Origin: Albugo candida
Lineage: Eukaryota
Assembly: GCA_040437565.1 (NCBI GenBank)
Contig: JBDOQK010000024.1
Location: 186,001-250,000, forward strand
Direction of reading: 5' to 3'
Length of the DNA stretch: 64,000 nucleotides
Part shown: piece after piece, positions 36,545 to 49,113 of the stretch
Numbering within the stretch: the first letter of the stretch is position 1
Layout: every line of letters begins with the position of its first letter
Notes under the pieces: generated by a model
What the model saw: the letters and a program-made list of their open reading frames with translations, nothing else
What the model was told of the DNA's origin: nothing
The model's database searches: none
Program-made: the position numbers and the translations under genes

Positions 36545-39500
36545 TTCCCACTCCATGTAGTTGCCCGCTTGATTGATACCCATTTCATCACGAATGACTT
36601 TAACTCGTTTGGTTCCCAGTGCTTTCGTCAGAATGTCCGCGAGCTGGTACTTCGTTTCCTTGTAGATCACTTTTATCAAACCTGTCGTTATCTTCTCACG
36701 AATAAAGTGATAGCGGATATTCACATGCTTCGTTCGTGTATGATATCCTGGTTTCGTGGAAAGTGCTAAAGCTCCTTGATTATCTTCCCAGGCAACCGTT
36801 GGATTCTTCTGTTCAAATCTCAGCTCGGAAAGCATTTCTCTTGCCCACAGTACGTCCTGTGTACGGATTCTCATTGCCATGTACTCAGCTTCTGAGAAAC
36901 TCAATGCCACTGTACGTTGGCACTTCTACTTGAATACAACTGGTCCTCCATTCAGTAGTATCAATTCACCACTCACAGATATGCGGTCATCCAAATTGTT
37001 CCCCCGATCTGTATCAAAGTATGCAGACATTTGGTTTGGAGTCCTATTGAAGGTGTATTTTCTTCCGAATGTCGCCGTCGATTTTAAGTATCTCAATACT
37101 TTGATTGCTGCCTTCCAATGCTTCGATCCAGGGTTAGATGCAAAACGTCCAAGTTGGCTCACAGCGAATGCCACATCCGGCCGCGTGCACGCTGCAACAT
37201 ACAGCAACCTTCCAATAAGTTGGCGATATGGTTGCAATTCATGAGTTCTTTTTCTTCTTTCGTCGTCGGACTGTCTTTGTTTGAAAGTCTAGTACTTGGA
37301 TCACAAGGATTTTCTGCAGTAAGAGTATGATTCTGCTTGAATATTTCTGCGGTCGCTTCCAGGTAGTTCTTCTATGTGATCGACATGGCTCGCTTCTCGT
37401 GGTCGTAACTTTTTCTCCATACCCATGAGGTACTGTAGTGGCCCAAGGTCTTAACTCTGAAATCGTTGCGAAATTTGAATTTTCACTTTGTTCACGGTAT
37501 CGATTGATTTAGCTGCTACGATCATATCATCCACGGAAAGACACATGTAAATCCATCCTGCACGGTCCTTCTTCTTGTAGACGCATCGATCAGCACCACA
37601 CGCTTCAAACTCCAGTTTTATCAATGCACTGTGAATGGTTGAGTTCCACGCGTGTGCGGCTTGCTTTAGTCCATATAAAGCACGATTCAGCTTTAAAGCA
37701 TATTCTTTGCCAATGTTGAGTCCCTTTGGTACTTCCAAATAGACTTCTTCTTGAATGTCTGCGTTCAAATACGCTTTGTCCACATCGATTTGTTCAATGA
37801 TGTATCCAATTGCACAGCACGTCGATAGGAGTATTCTAATCGAATTAATGCTCACGACAGCAGCGTATGTCTCGAATAAATCGAGTCCGTAATGTTGCAA
37901 AAAACCCAGCGCAACCTATCTCGCTTTTTAGCGCAGTGTCAGGCCTCTGTCCTTCATACCCAGACTCACGTAGTTCCAATGGTCTTCATCCCTGGTTTTC
38001 GTTGCACAATTGACCACGTGTTGTTGCGCTTATGCGCAGCGAATTCGTTGTTGATTGCTTTAGCCAACTGGTCTTTTTCATCTTCGATGGTTTCATCTTC
38101 GTAAGATCGTGGGATATTTTTTGTCACCATTGCGACTTCTACCATCAACGACGTTTCGCTATCGAGTCTGGATCTCTTGGATGGAGGCTCATTATCATCG
38201 CTGTCACTTGACTGAACATTGTCATTTTACATGACGATACTCTCATCAATATGGTTGTCAGCGCTATCAGCCTGAATCATCATTATGGGATGGTGTTCAA
38301 TCTGTGCCATATCGTAGTCATGTCTTCCACTGGTCTTGTCGTTAAGAAGACGGCGGTTCTGTTCCATATTTGGTCTTCGAGTTGTCTGTTGTTGTATGAT
38401 CATCTGGTTACCCGTTGTTTGACTGAGTGTGCCTTCTTTCTGGCAAAACATATCTTGAATCTGTCGAGGCTGTTGCATGTTGTGACTGATTTGTATGAGA
38501 TTGGTGACAGTCAGGCCAGGGTTTTACACTGGCATCTTCAGGTCCAACGTCACTCTATTATGTACTTAATAACGCAAGTCATCGTCTGAATCATATCCAT
38601 ATGGAATTGTTGCGGTATCATTCACTGTAACTTTGGACACGTTTCCCTCGTAGATACTGTCAACTTCGCGTTCGTCAAGTGTAAATCGTTCTGCTGGTCT
38701 TAACCGTGTGTGTCTCCAGATCGAAAACTTTAAAGACTTTTGTATTTGTGGCATATCCCAGTAACACGCAACGGAAGCTCTTCGCGTCAAACTTCGTGCG
38801 CTTAGTTTCGTTAACATGAGCGTATCCCAGAGATCCAAATACCCGTAGGTGATGTAGTTGCGATTTTGTTTTGACACACTGCTCGATTGGAGTCGCATTC
38901 ATGGACTGGCTTGTTGTGGTTCGATTGATCAGGTGAACCGCGGTATTTATTGCTTCAGCCCACCAAGTCTGTGCAACACTCTTATAGGTCATCATGCTTC
39001 TCGCTTTTTCCGTGATCGTCCTGTTCATTCGCTCTGCAAGTCTGTTCTGCTGTGAAGTACTGTTGTTTGGTGAATGATTCCATTCGTCCGGCAGAATTCC
39101 TCGAACCTCTTTTTCTTGAATTCTCCTCCATTGTCCGTGCGTATAGCTTTGATTCTCGTTCCACACTGTAGTTCCATTTCTGCCGTGTACTCGATGAACT
39201 TTGTTGTCACCTCACTTTTGGTCTTCAAGAAGTATGCGTGCACAAATGTGAAGAAGTCGTCAATAAAGGACAGCATAAATCGGGATCCACCAGGATTTTC
39301 GGTCTTCATGGGTCCCATGACATCTGAGTGAACTAATTGTAATGGTTGCATAGTCTTCGTCTTCGATTTCTTGGGAAATCTTGCCACTGTCATTTTTCCT
39401 TGAAGACATCCACTGCAAAAAAAATTTCATCTTTGACCGAAATTCCTGGTAAACCTTCAGTCGCCTGCTTTGTTTTATTGTTGGTTGTGTGGCTTGGATG

Positions 39501-40725
39501 GCCCATTCTGGCATGCCATAGCTCCCACTTGCTCTCAGCATTATTGTGATCAACCACCATGGCTCGCTCATGTTCCACGTTGAATGTGTACACGATCCCT
39601 TCGCGCCTCGCTGACACCACCTGGTCATTTCCTCTGTAAATGTCGCATTGATTTGCACCTAACCGCATGTCTAGTCATGCTGGGCTATCTTTGGAACTGA
39701 TAGTAGCCGTCTATCCAGATTGGGTATGTGTAATACTCCCTTCACACCGTTATCATTGTACCGCTCTTGCAAAGGAATATAATTTTCCCTCTCCCAATTG
39801 TTTCCATCTTGGCTCCATCTTCAATACGGACTTCAATTGGATCCTCCAACGCGTGGTGTGCGGAATAGTCTTCCTTTTCGGGGTCATATGTGACGAGGCT
39901 CCGCTGTCCAACAACCAACCTTGTTTACTACAATCAGAACTGTAAATGCAATTTCATTCTCGTCCGTCGCATGCTTTATCTTCCACTCATACTGCTTGCG
40001 GCTCACTTTGTTGCATCTGTGGCACCTTCCACGGAATTGCTTTTTCTTCTCATAAGATGCATGTGTTGTTCGTTGTTGACGCATTGTCTGTCCTCTTCCT
40101 TGGCCGTGTCGTACACGAAATGCACCCTCCGAGGGTCTCGTTGCTGTTTCTTGTCGTGTTCCTCCAGCAGCTTTTCTTTTACGTCCATCAATGTGAGTCC
40201 AACTGAGTTTCTCCAGTATTGTGATAAGTAGTTCGTATTCGGCACGCAAGCTTCCGAGCAAAATCGTGAGCTTCCTTCCTTCATCCATCGGTTCTCTGAC
40301 TGCTTCCATGCTCAGTGTGAGCTCGTCAAATCGATCTATATGGCTGGCCCAATTTCCCCCCTCTTCCAAGCGAAACTCATGCCGTCTTCGAGTCAGAGCT
40401 ATTCTATTCTGAAGGTTGCGCTTGTTGTAATATTCCCCAAGCGTATCCCATACTTCCTTAGCTGTTCTCGCATGACGAATCTTTGACTGATGCTCCACTT
40501 CGACTTCTTGTGCGATGGATTGCAAACGCTTTCATGACTTGGACTCCCCAATCCGCGTCCGAATCGCCATCTGACTTCAGTTCCATTATATAATTCAGTA
40601 GTCCTTTACGCGCTAGAGTCATCTTCATGTTGAATTCCCAATGGAAATAGTTTCCGTTCCCGAGCAAGTCGTCAGACTTCTTCATCTTGTCGTTGTTGCC
40701 ACCAAATGTTCTTGGGCTCATAACC

Positions 40726-40886
40726 TGTTAATTCTCGGTAAAACGGGAAGTGTATTATCAAGATTAACAGCCTCCTACGACCACTAATCCCGACTCCTCA
40801 AATCATGTGTCATACCCAATAGTCGTCGTTTCGTATGTCGTACATTCTACACACTCGGTGCTTCAACTACAGTGTACGTTTCAACA
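40726..40886 (-). repeat. 5' LTR of Copia element
   Basis: Diverged direct repeat of 36382-36544, adjacent to the PBS. Confidence 0.92.
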
Positions 40887-41509
40887 CGCAAATTAGAATC
40901 TGGACGTCACACCGTTACACAAGGACCCATGGTAGATGATATGCGCGGTCTCGATAGAATTTTTACAAATGATCGGTAGAAGTACAGCGGGTACTTTGAG
41001 ACCACGTAACCTAGTTGAAATGATAGATGCAGTAGTAATGTTTAATAGACAGAGACGTTGCAAATGCATTTATAGAATGCGCTCCCGACATTGAATAGTC
41101 TGCCTTTCTCCTTACGATGTTCTCTTCGATTGCGATACATTTAACAAAGTGCTAATATACTGCAGTGCAAGACACTTACATTCAGACCATAAATTGCAGC
41201 GACAAGAAATCTTACGAATACAATAAAAATTAAAATAGAGCAAAATGCTCTCCATATACTGAAAGCACATTGACTTGGATTTCTTACAATGGAGCCCGAT
41301 TTTTGTATCTTTATTTTGGACGAAGTAGTAGGAGGTTGAAGTTTGGCGAATTTTCGTGATTTTGTATGGAGAGATGGAGATTTGGCCGCATTCAACTATA
41401 TCCTATTAATAGATATATATACTGTATCCAATGAGAGAGCACCGGGCTGTAAATATTTTCCAATGAGAGAGCGCATTATTTCGGGTCTGTAATACATATC
41501 CAATATCAT

Positions 41510-43615
41510 GCGGCAAGGCAGTTTATGTCCATCAGGATGGAGTTCGGCACACGTCGGGTCGAGCCGTATTTCTTGACCGCATATTCCGCGGCTTTACCGC
41601 TAAATTCTTTGCGATAAACGTCCATGTATCGTTGTGTCTTTCAGTAGTGGTGGCGTATCTCATCCAGAGTTACCGATTGCAATGCATTTGGCACCATCTC
41701 TTTCATCCAACCCAAGAATAATTGCAATTTTCGCGAGCGTATCGTTTGGCAGCATCCCAAAAGTTCTCAATAAAATTAAGTGCGCAATAAAACTTTGGGT
41801 AAAATAGAATCAAGTGGCCAGGACTCACAATCAGTTCCTCCAATATGCACTTCTGTTGCAGAAAACCGGGCTAGTTTGCGGTAATTTTTCTTGCGCAGCA
41901 GTCTTGTAACATCGGAGGACACCTTCCACGGCAGTCAAGCGTTAGTCCTGCACGCCAAGAAACGCTTTTCTCAAGAAAAATTTTGATGCCCTTTGATTTT
42001 CCACGAAGGTTTTCGTCTGCATAATCCTCTGGGAAAGTCATCTCCTGATGAACTCTATCGCCCCAGGTTGTCGCCCGAATGGCGAAACATTTTCCACCTG
42101 GACTAAGGTTCGTTTGATTTGCACGGAGAGCATTTTCGGAAAAGGAAGCATGGCTTGTGGCGTTCTCGAAGAGAAAAAGTGCTTGCATGCCTGGAAATTG
42201 AGCCACAAATATAGGTATGGCTCGATCACGAACTTGATTATAAAGGTCCTTTGATTCCCACCCGCCATCGTTCTGGACAACAGGGTGCATAATCACACAC
42301 GCTTCTTCTGGTAGCGCAGGAAATCGCGCTCGTTTTTCTTCATCCAAAGCCAGACGTCCTGAAATTGTGCATAAGAATTCGCTCACATGGATATTTCTTT
42401 TTTGACATTTCTTACGCAATGCCTGATCACATCCGGAAGCCAAAGGCGTTTCAAACCATCATTGGCGGAGAACGTACTTTCGTCATGGGTAACCAAAAGA
42501 AGTGGTCGAACGTTGGCTGATGGCCAAATTATCTCGCCTTCGCCATCTTCCCCTTTCGTTAGGATGATAGGTATCCGAGGTGCTAGCTCCTCCATTTTTT
42601 CGAGAAATTCATGGCGGTATTTAAGGACGTCTTCCCTTTCATGCCCATCAACATAGATGCCATTTGGAACCTCACGCTACTCGATATTCAAGGCATTTAT
42701 CCAGCGCATCGTTGTTCTCTCAGATTTTGCTGGCGAGGGATCATTGTCCAATCTCACAAGGATCTTAGTATTCGTACGTTTAGTCAAAGCAGCGAGTTTC
42801 ACCTTGAACTTGTTTTCACGGAGGTACTTTTGCAAAGGCAGAATACAATGTTCATCATAAAGGAAGCTTTTTCGTTTGGCATGCTTTCCTTGCCTCAATT
42901 CAGGAAGAGAAACATTCTTCAGGAAGGCGAAGGCCCAAGTAGGTATTAATTCTACGTAATATACCCCCCCTTCTAGCTGCATCTGCGATAAGGGAGCTGG
43001 CGGATATCCTTTTCCTTCCGCATTTTATCAAGCGAAAGTATGCAAGTATTGCAGAGGCACGCACACGCGCCGCATGGTTTTCCATTTTTCCCTTCTGTCA
43101 CAGCTTTGGTGAGCTTCTCAATTACCATGCCGAGATCAACGTATGACCACAAACCGCTATGTACATCGCCATTCTCATCGCTGTGAGCTTCATCATCCGC
43201 TTCACTTCCGCATCAATCTCATCCTCTCCAGCAAGTTCCACAACCGTTGCCTTCGGCTTCCAGTACGATGTCAATGGTTTTGAGCCTGCTGCAGCCTTCT
43301 TCAGCATCGCGCTCTTGCGTCTGAGTGCACGCAACGAGTTCCCAACATAGCGCATGGGGCGATTGCTGTTGGCCAGAACTAGAATAACAGCTCTTTCTAT
43401 GTTGCTGATGACTGTGTCAACATGTTCGAAGCCATTTTCTATTTCGCTTTCACTGTCATCTTCACTGGCTTTATGAGAATAATCATTGCTGTTCAGGCAA
43501 ATTGTTTCGCCATTTCGTTCATGAACATCCTCATCTGCTCCAATTTTTTGGCTCTTATTTTCCGTAGCTGCCTTTGACGCTGCACGTAGGTGCTTTGCTT
43601 TTTAAGACGTGTTAT
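41510..43615 (-). mobile_element. IS630-Tc1-mariner-type DDE transposase pseudogene, copy 2 (related to 33445-35076)
   Basis: YVDGHEREDVLKYR, LVTHDESTFSANDG, LFLFENATSH, CRGRC..DCCAR, FYPKFYCALNFIENFWDAAKRYARENC, AEYAVKKYGSTRRVP. Confidence 0.85.
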
Positions 43616-43759
43616 GGTTGATTTAGAGTGTCGGACTTTGAATGTTTTTTATCGATGATAATTTTAAAAATTTACTACTTATGTCTATTATGATTATATT
43701 TCTTGAGTTTGTGGTCCCAATCAGAAGTCCCAAAAAAATCTATAAATAGATATATTATA

Positions 43760-44867
43760 GGGAGCTGCTGTCCGGAGACCCCCCCTTTTGCTAACCGGCC
43801 CCCCCCNNNNNNNNNNNNNNNNNNNNNNNNNNNNNNNNNNNNNNNNNNNNNNNNNNNNNNNNNNNNNNNNNNNNNNNNNNNNNNNNNNNNNNNNNNNNNN
43901 NNNNNNTTTACCGGACGCCCCCCCTACTCACATATGCCTTATATATTTTGATAAACACCCCCCTTATTTAGGTTCATAAATAGATTACATATTATTGTGC
44001 GGCACATCCTGCACGGGACACCCCTTACCCTATGCAGCATATATGTGCTACATGACCACGGCCTATTCTCCATTCTAACGTCTTTCCTGTTGGAATATGG
44101 TCGATTTGTGGTCCACGCGACATTAGAATAGTTTAACCACGGGCGACTGTCCGTCGCTATGACGTCATTGCACGACCGTGCTGTTTGAAATAGTGCACGA
44201 TGTTGTAAGTCAATAGCATTCATGCATGCGGGTTTGTCTTAAGATCCCTTTGATACTTTCTAACTGACATCTGCCGTTTTTCTAGACTCATCCCATCAAA
44301 ATGACAATTACCAATAGGGAAAATTGGAAAAGTGCAAGAAAAGGGCGTCAAGGTAAGCCACAATGATTCTTTATGATTTTTTCTTACCGGGTTTTTTCAG
44401 GCTATTGAAATTGATAGCGATTCCGCCGACGATGTCCCGCTCGCCCAGAAATTCCGCGTGGAAATGTTGGCCCAGCTGGGAGCCTTAAAATGAAATTGAG
44501 TAGATAGGTATGAACAGGTGGGAATTAGGAGTGTACAGGCTATGGAGAATTTATCCGTCGCTCTTATTTTCATGATAATCTTTCCCATTCATTACACACC
44601 CTTTCAAACCAATCAGTAAATCAACAATAGATTTAGCAGTCATAGCATCTTTTATATATAAATCATACGTCGATCGGAATTCTTGTCAACGCATCTCCCT
44701 TTACTGAAACTTGAACGCCTAACTCATCAGATAAACAAACCAAAACAACAAAGGTATTGACTCATATTTGCTTATCGGGGGGGTGTCTGGTTAGCAAGGG
44801 GGAGTGTCTGGTTAGCAAGGGGGAGTGTCCGGTTAGCAAAGGGGGGGGTGTCCGGATAGCAGCTCCC
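43760..44867. mobile_element. Non-autonomous TIR element (Mutator-like MITE)
   Basis: Left end GGGAGCTGCTGTCCGGAGACCCCCCTTTTGCTAACCGG is the near-perfect reverse complement of the right end CCGGTTAGCAAAGGGGGGGGTGTCCGGATAGCAGCTCCC. A 21-bp subterminal unit GGGGGAGTGTCTGGTTAGCAA occurs about 3 times. No coding capacity recognised. Confidence 0.85.
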
Positions 44868-44875
44868 TTTATTTA

Positions 44876-45830
44876 GGGAATTGCTATTACCACCCAACTT
44901 TTTGCTATTTCCACCCACCACGTGACTTTTGACCAATCAGATTACGGCGTTAATTCCATCCAAGTTTTTTACTAGGGAATTGCTATTTCCACCCACCACG
45001 TGACGTTCTGACCAGTCAGATTACGGCTTTATTTTCAATCAACTTCTTGTTATATGGCTACAGTTTCACAGTCCTGCATGCCGATCGAAGGTATCAGAAC
45101 TCATAGGTGCACACCTTTCTAGGATCCCAATCCTAGATCAGCTAGCTTTATCATGCTTTTCGTTGTACCGGGTCGTTTGCAAACAGTAAAGTACGCACTT
45201 ACGGATCGCCATCATCTGTCGTCTATATATACTACATCTTGCGAGAAAGTATTTGGAAGTTGAAATGGAATCTGAGAATTGGACTGATAACGACAGCGGT
45301 CTTTTGCCGTATTTCTATAAACACGAGCAAAAATTGAAATAACTTGTGAATACATTTGTAACTTGTTTATGCCGGTTTTCAAGCGCACAGACGCCCTGCG
45401 GTTGTACTGTTATGGGGTGGGCTATCATTTGTAGATGTGCACGTAGCTGTTTTCAGTGGACTTGCCATCTATATACCGCTATACCGCTTGTATGCATCGC
45501 CCGAATTCCGAAGTGCCCTGTTGTGCAATCGAGTGCACGTTTGCGAAAGCTCTAGCAGAATTCTTTGCACTGAAAAGGGTACTCTACATTATCTCTTACG
45601 GATGCGACACGGATAGCCGATTTTCAATACACCTGGAGTCAGGCCGTTCAGGGCAGATTATATGCATCCAGGGTGGGTCTACCAATCAAAACTTCTGAGA
45701 GAAGTGCCCCTATCATAAAACGGTGGTGGATAGTAAAAAACTTGGGTGGAAATAACGCCGTAATCTGATTGGTCAAAAAGTCACGTGGTGGGTGGAATTA
45801 GCAAAAAGCTGGGTGGTAATAGCAATTCCC
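44876..45830. mobile_element. Non-autonomous TIR element (Mutator-like MITE) with TSD
   Basis: ~80 bp TIRs (GGGAATTGCTATTACCACCCA...GACCAATCAGATTACGGCGTTA and its reverse complement ending at 45830). TTTATTTA flanks both ends (44868-44875, 45831-45838). Internal partial TIR copy at ~44975-45030. Confidence 0.9.
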
Positions 45831-45959
45831 TTTATTTATTCTGCATATTTGTGTTATCCAATCAGAGGCCACTAGTCTATTAATTTATGGAGGGTGGTGG
45901 CTGATTACAGAAAAGGTGGTGGCTGTATAACGGTTCCCTTTTTAATAATCCCTTATTTG

Positions 45960-46560
45960 AAATTTAAATTCCATCATGCCTGCTTAAATCAGTACTCCCA
46001 CAGTTTCTTTGAGAAATGAATATATAATTCTACATTTCTGTTTTTATGTACCCTCTCTATAGCTGAATCTTACCTTGTGTCGTGTGTCCGAACTAGGTCG
46101 CACTTTATGTACAGTAGTATCGCAGATTTTTTGTGGAGCTCTTTATAGACAAGGCATAGCCTTCAATGAATGCAAACTGTTGTACAGCTATGAAGAGCTC
46201 CTCAAATGTTTTGTAGGCTCGGTGTGCTGGTGGGGAAAGCATATTGCAATCCCATAGGTAGCGTACAGAAGAAAATGTGTCAATTTTCTTAAAGAGAATA
46301 TTGGATGGAGAAATATAGTGCTGTATAAAGGTAATTCAGAGTAGAATGTGTCGAGTGGAAAATGTCAGTTGTATTAGCCGATCACAGTTGAAACACATTG
46401 TGTATTAGCCAAAGACAAATAATATCTCAATTGAAGTTGTGAGAGCAATAATTCAGGATATGTTTGGATGTCGTAAGTTAGAAATGTAAAGCTATTTCTT
46501 TATTTTTAAAAAAGAAAAGTTGTGGGAGTAATAATTTAATTAGGTACGATGTAATTTAAA
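45960..46560. mobile_element. Old foldback/MITE-like element
   Basis: Imperfect inverted repeat 45962-46040 vs 46481-46560 (TTTAAATT..TACTCCCACA..TACATTTC). Confidence 0.55.
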
Positions 46561-47176
46561 AGAGAAGTTGTGGGGATTTTTAGTTGTGGAGGGATATCAA
46601 TACCCTTCATTTGTTCCATAATATTTTTAGACCAATCAGGCCACGCTTTCCATTAATTCATAGAGGGTGGGCTGAATAACGATTCCGATTTTATTGTTAT
46701 GCATTCAGAAATATCTTTGCGTTTAGTAGTAGTACTTACATAGACAACCCCGACTATAGCGGATGAGCAGTTCTTGCTTTGCCAGCAACATCTGATGGAC
46801 ATGTCCCAGCTAAATACTACAAGTATTAGCTTTCGCAGATTTTGGGCGATGGTTTTGGCCAACCACTCCTATAGTCGCATGGATGCGTCACCGGGGAGAA
46901 GCGACACTTGCGTGCGCGCTAAATACACAAGTAGCTTGTTAACATCGTTTTTGAATATTACTTGCTATCTTCCTACCTACTTACCATCACCTAATTTCAA
47001 CCACTTCTCCGTGAAAAGGTTATAAGCCCAATGATACACACGACTGCTTTGGATGAGTCCAAGTATCAGTCGCGTGAGGCCGTCGGTCGCGGAAGGGCCG
47101 ACGAGCGAGAAGAATAGTTGGATGAAGTCAAGGAAGGGAGGTCAAAAGAAACGCAGGAGAAGCTGTTGAACCTCTT

Positions 47177-47788
47177 CACGGCCTTGGTAAGCGCTTGGAG
47201 CGCCTAGAGTCATCGCAGAAGCGATCGAATGAGTAGAGGCGGCTCAAGGAGCAGGATGCCAGCATTTTTGAGTCCTCCCTGGGTCAAGGAATGGCGACGA
47301 ATCGACAAGCCCTCTACGTAGGCACCGCCGCGGTCAGTGACCCCCTTCTTGTTCTTACCAGCTACGTACTTTGGTATTCGACAACTACGCCAGAGCGTCG
47401 GAGAACGTGCAAATGGCGTAAGCACAGCAGCANNNNNNNNNNNNNNNNNNNNNNNNNNNNNNNNNNNNNNNNNNNNNNNNNNNNNNNNNNNNNNNNNNNN
47501 NNNNNNNNNNNNNNNNNNNNNNNNNNNNNNNNCACGGCCTTGGTAAGCGCTTGGAGCGCCTAGAGTCATCGCAGAAGCGATCGAATGAGTAGAGGCGGCT
47601 CAAGGAGCAGGATGCCAGCATTTTTGAGTCCTCCCTGGGTCAAGGAATGGCGACGAATCGACAAGCCCTCTACGTAGGCACCGCCGCGGTCAGTGACCCC
47701 CTTCTTGTTCTTACCAGCTACGTACTTTGGTATTCGACAACTACGCCAGAGCGTCGGAGAACGTGCAAATGGCGTAAGCACAGCAGCA
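47177..47788. repeat. Identical overlap across a 100-N gap (47177-47432 = 47533-47788); assembly artefact
   Basis: Exact duplication either side of the gap. Confidence 0.9.
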
Positions 47789-48757
47789 AGTGCTGCCACA
47801 GCACTACGTACCGCCCCGGCTTGCATGGCACCCCTGATGCAGTGTCTCAGCAACAAAGGCATCAGTCAGCGGTCGGCGTGCGTCTATTAAACGGGAAGAA
47901 GCTGTATCAAGGATTGGGAAGCAGTTTTTCGTCCTGGGGGAAGAGGTGCGTCCGTCAAATATAGTTCGCGGAAAAGGAGTACGGTTTCCCGTGGTCTGAG
48001 GATATCAAGGGTGATACCCTGGGTCACAACCTGAAGCACATGGCTAAAATATACTACACCTAGCAAGTTGAAGGCTGGTGGGATGAGGATCCCACGCTGG
48101 AGCATGCAGTACAGCCGCTTCTTCACACCTTCGCGACGAAAAGCACGCCCGCGCAGAGCACGAATATATTTACCGGCGTGAAAACCTTACGGAGAAGCTG
48201 TACCGAGCATTATTTATATCTGGTGGCGGTCAGCGAGGGTTGCGGCGGTGCAGAATAATTGATATGGACAATAACGTACACTACGCAGACCCGACGATGC
48301 GAGTGTGGATACTATCAAGACTGGACCTGGCAGGGACGTACTATCTAAGGCAGGAAGAAGAGCTCGCGCACTTCGCACAATTAACGGAGATAGAGCTGAA
48401 AGGGCTCCAGTTTGGCAAAGATGTGGTGAATGTGATCCAGCAGGAACGCCGGGACCATTGATAGTGCTTCACGTGCGGAAAGGCAGAACACCTAAAAGCC
48501 GCCTACCCACAACGAAGAGACGACAGCGCTCAAGCCGACTTTTTCCTACGGGTGAACGACTCGAACCTTATTCAGGAATACTGGGCTCTGGACAGCGGGT
48601 CAAGTCGTCACCTGGTAAATGACCCGGACCTGCTTATGAATGCGGAGGATTTGGCCAGAGAGTGCGTGACTGCCAACGGTGTTGCGCTACGCATCACCAA
48701 AAGAGGTAGCGTGGGGATCATGACTACCGTACTGGGTTTCAAGGATTTCATTACACT

Positions 48758-49113
48758 GTTTTATCTAGATTTTTTAACTACCTTCCTTATCCTATCATGA
48801 GCCCCTTACCGTGTGAATATCACTTAAGTCTGACTTCAAACCTAGGGAGGCAGATTTTTCCAAACTTATTGCTTGGGTGGGCTCAAACCGCTGCCCACAC
48901 TGCCGGGGATCGAACCAACGACCTCCAGAAGGGTGTCCGTGCGCTCTAGTGCATAACCGACCGGGCTGGGTACGGCGACCCCGTCGGGGGGCCTAACGGA
49001 TAGTACAGATGTGTTCCGACCGTGTGTTCCCCGGTTCGAATCCCGGCGGTGGCAAAAGGGCTGCGATGGGGCCCCTCGGCGGAGGCAAAGATTCCTCCAC
49101 GTAAATATCAACC
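48758..49113. mobile_element. tRNA-derived SINE-like insert within Copia, with two divergent B-box/T-arm modules
   Basis: Minus strand GGTTCGATCCCC (48905-48916); plus strand CCGGTTCGAATCCCGG (49031-49046). A-rich minus-strand end near 48760. The Copia protease frame breaks here. Confidence 0.55.

Larger units (their letters stand above)
36382..40886 (-). mobile_element. Full-length but decayed Ty1/Copia LTR retrotransposon
   Basis: LTRs 36382-36544 and 40726-40886 (TG..CA); flanks CGAAA/CGCAA; PBS GGTTATGAGCCCA; PPT ATGGAGTGGGAA. Gag NYFHWEFNMKMTL; protease WLLDSGASSHM; LWHARMGH; integrase VHSDVMGP..IRTDNGGEF..AERMNRTI; RT LNRALYGLKQA, VDDMIV; RNase H EDNQGA..TKHVNIRYHFIRE..ADILTKAL. Confidence 0.96.

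Noticed and set aside
44775-44860. 21-bp repeats resembling a CRISPR array or telomeric repeat
   Set aside because: No unique spacers, eukaryotic context, and they are subterminal repeats inside a TIR element.
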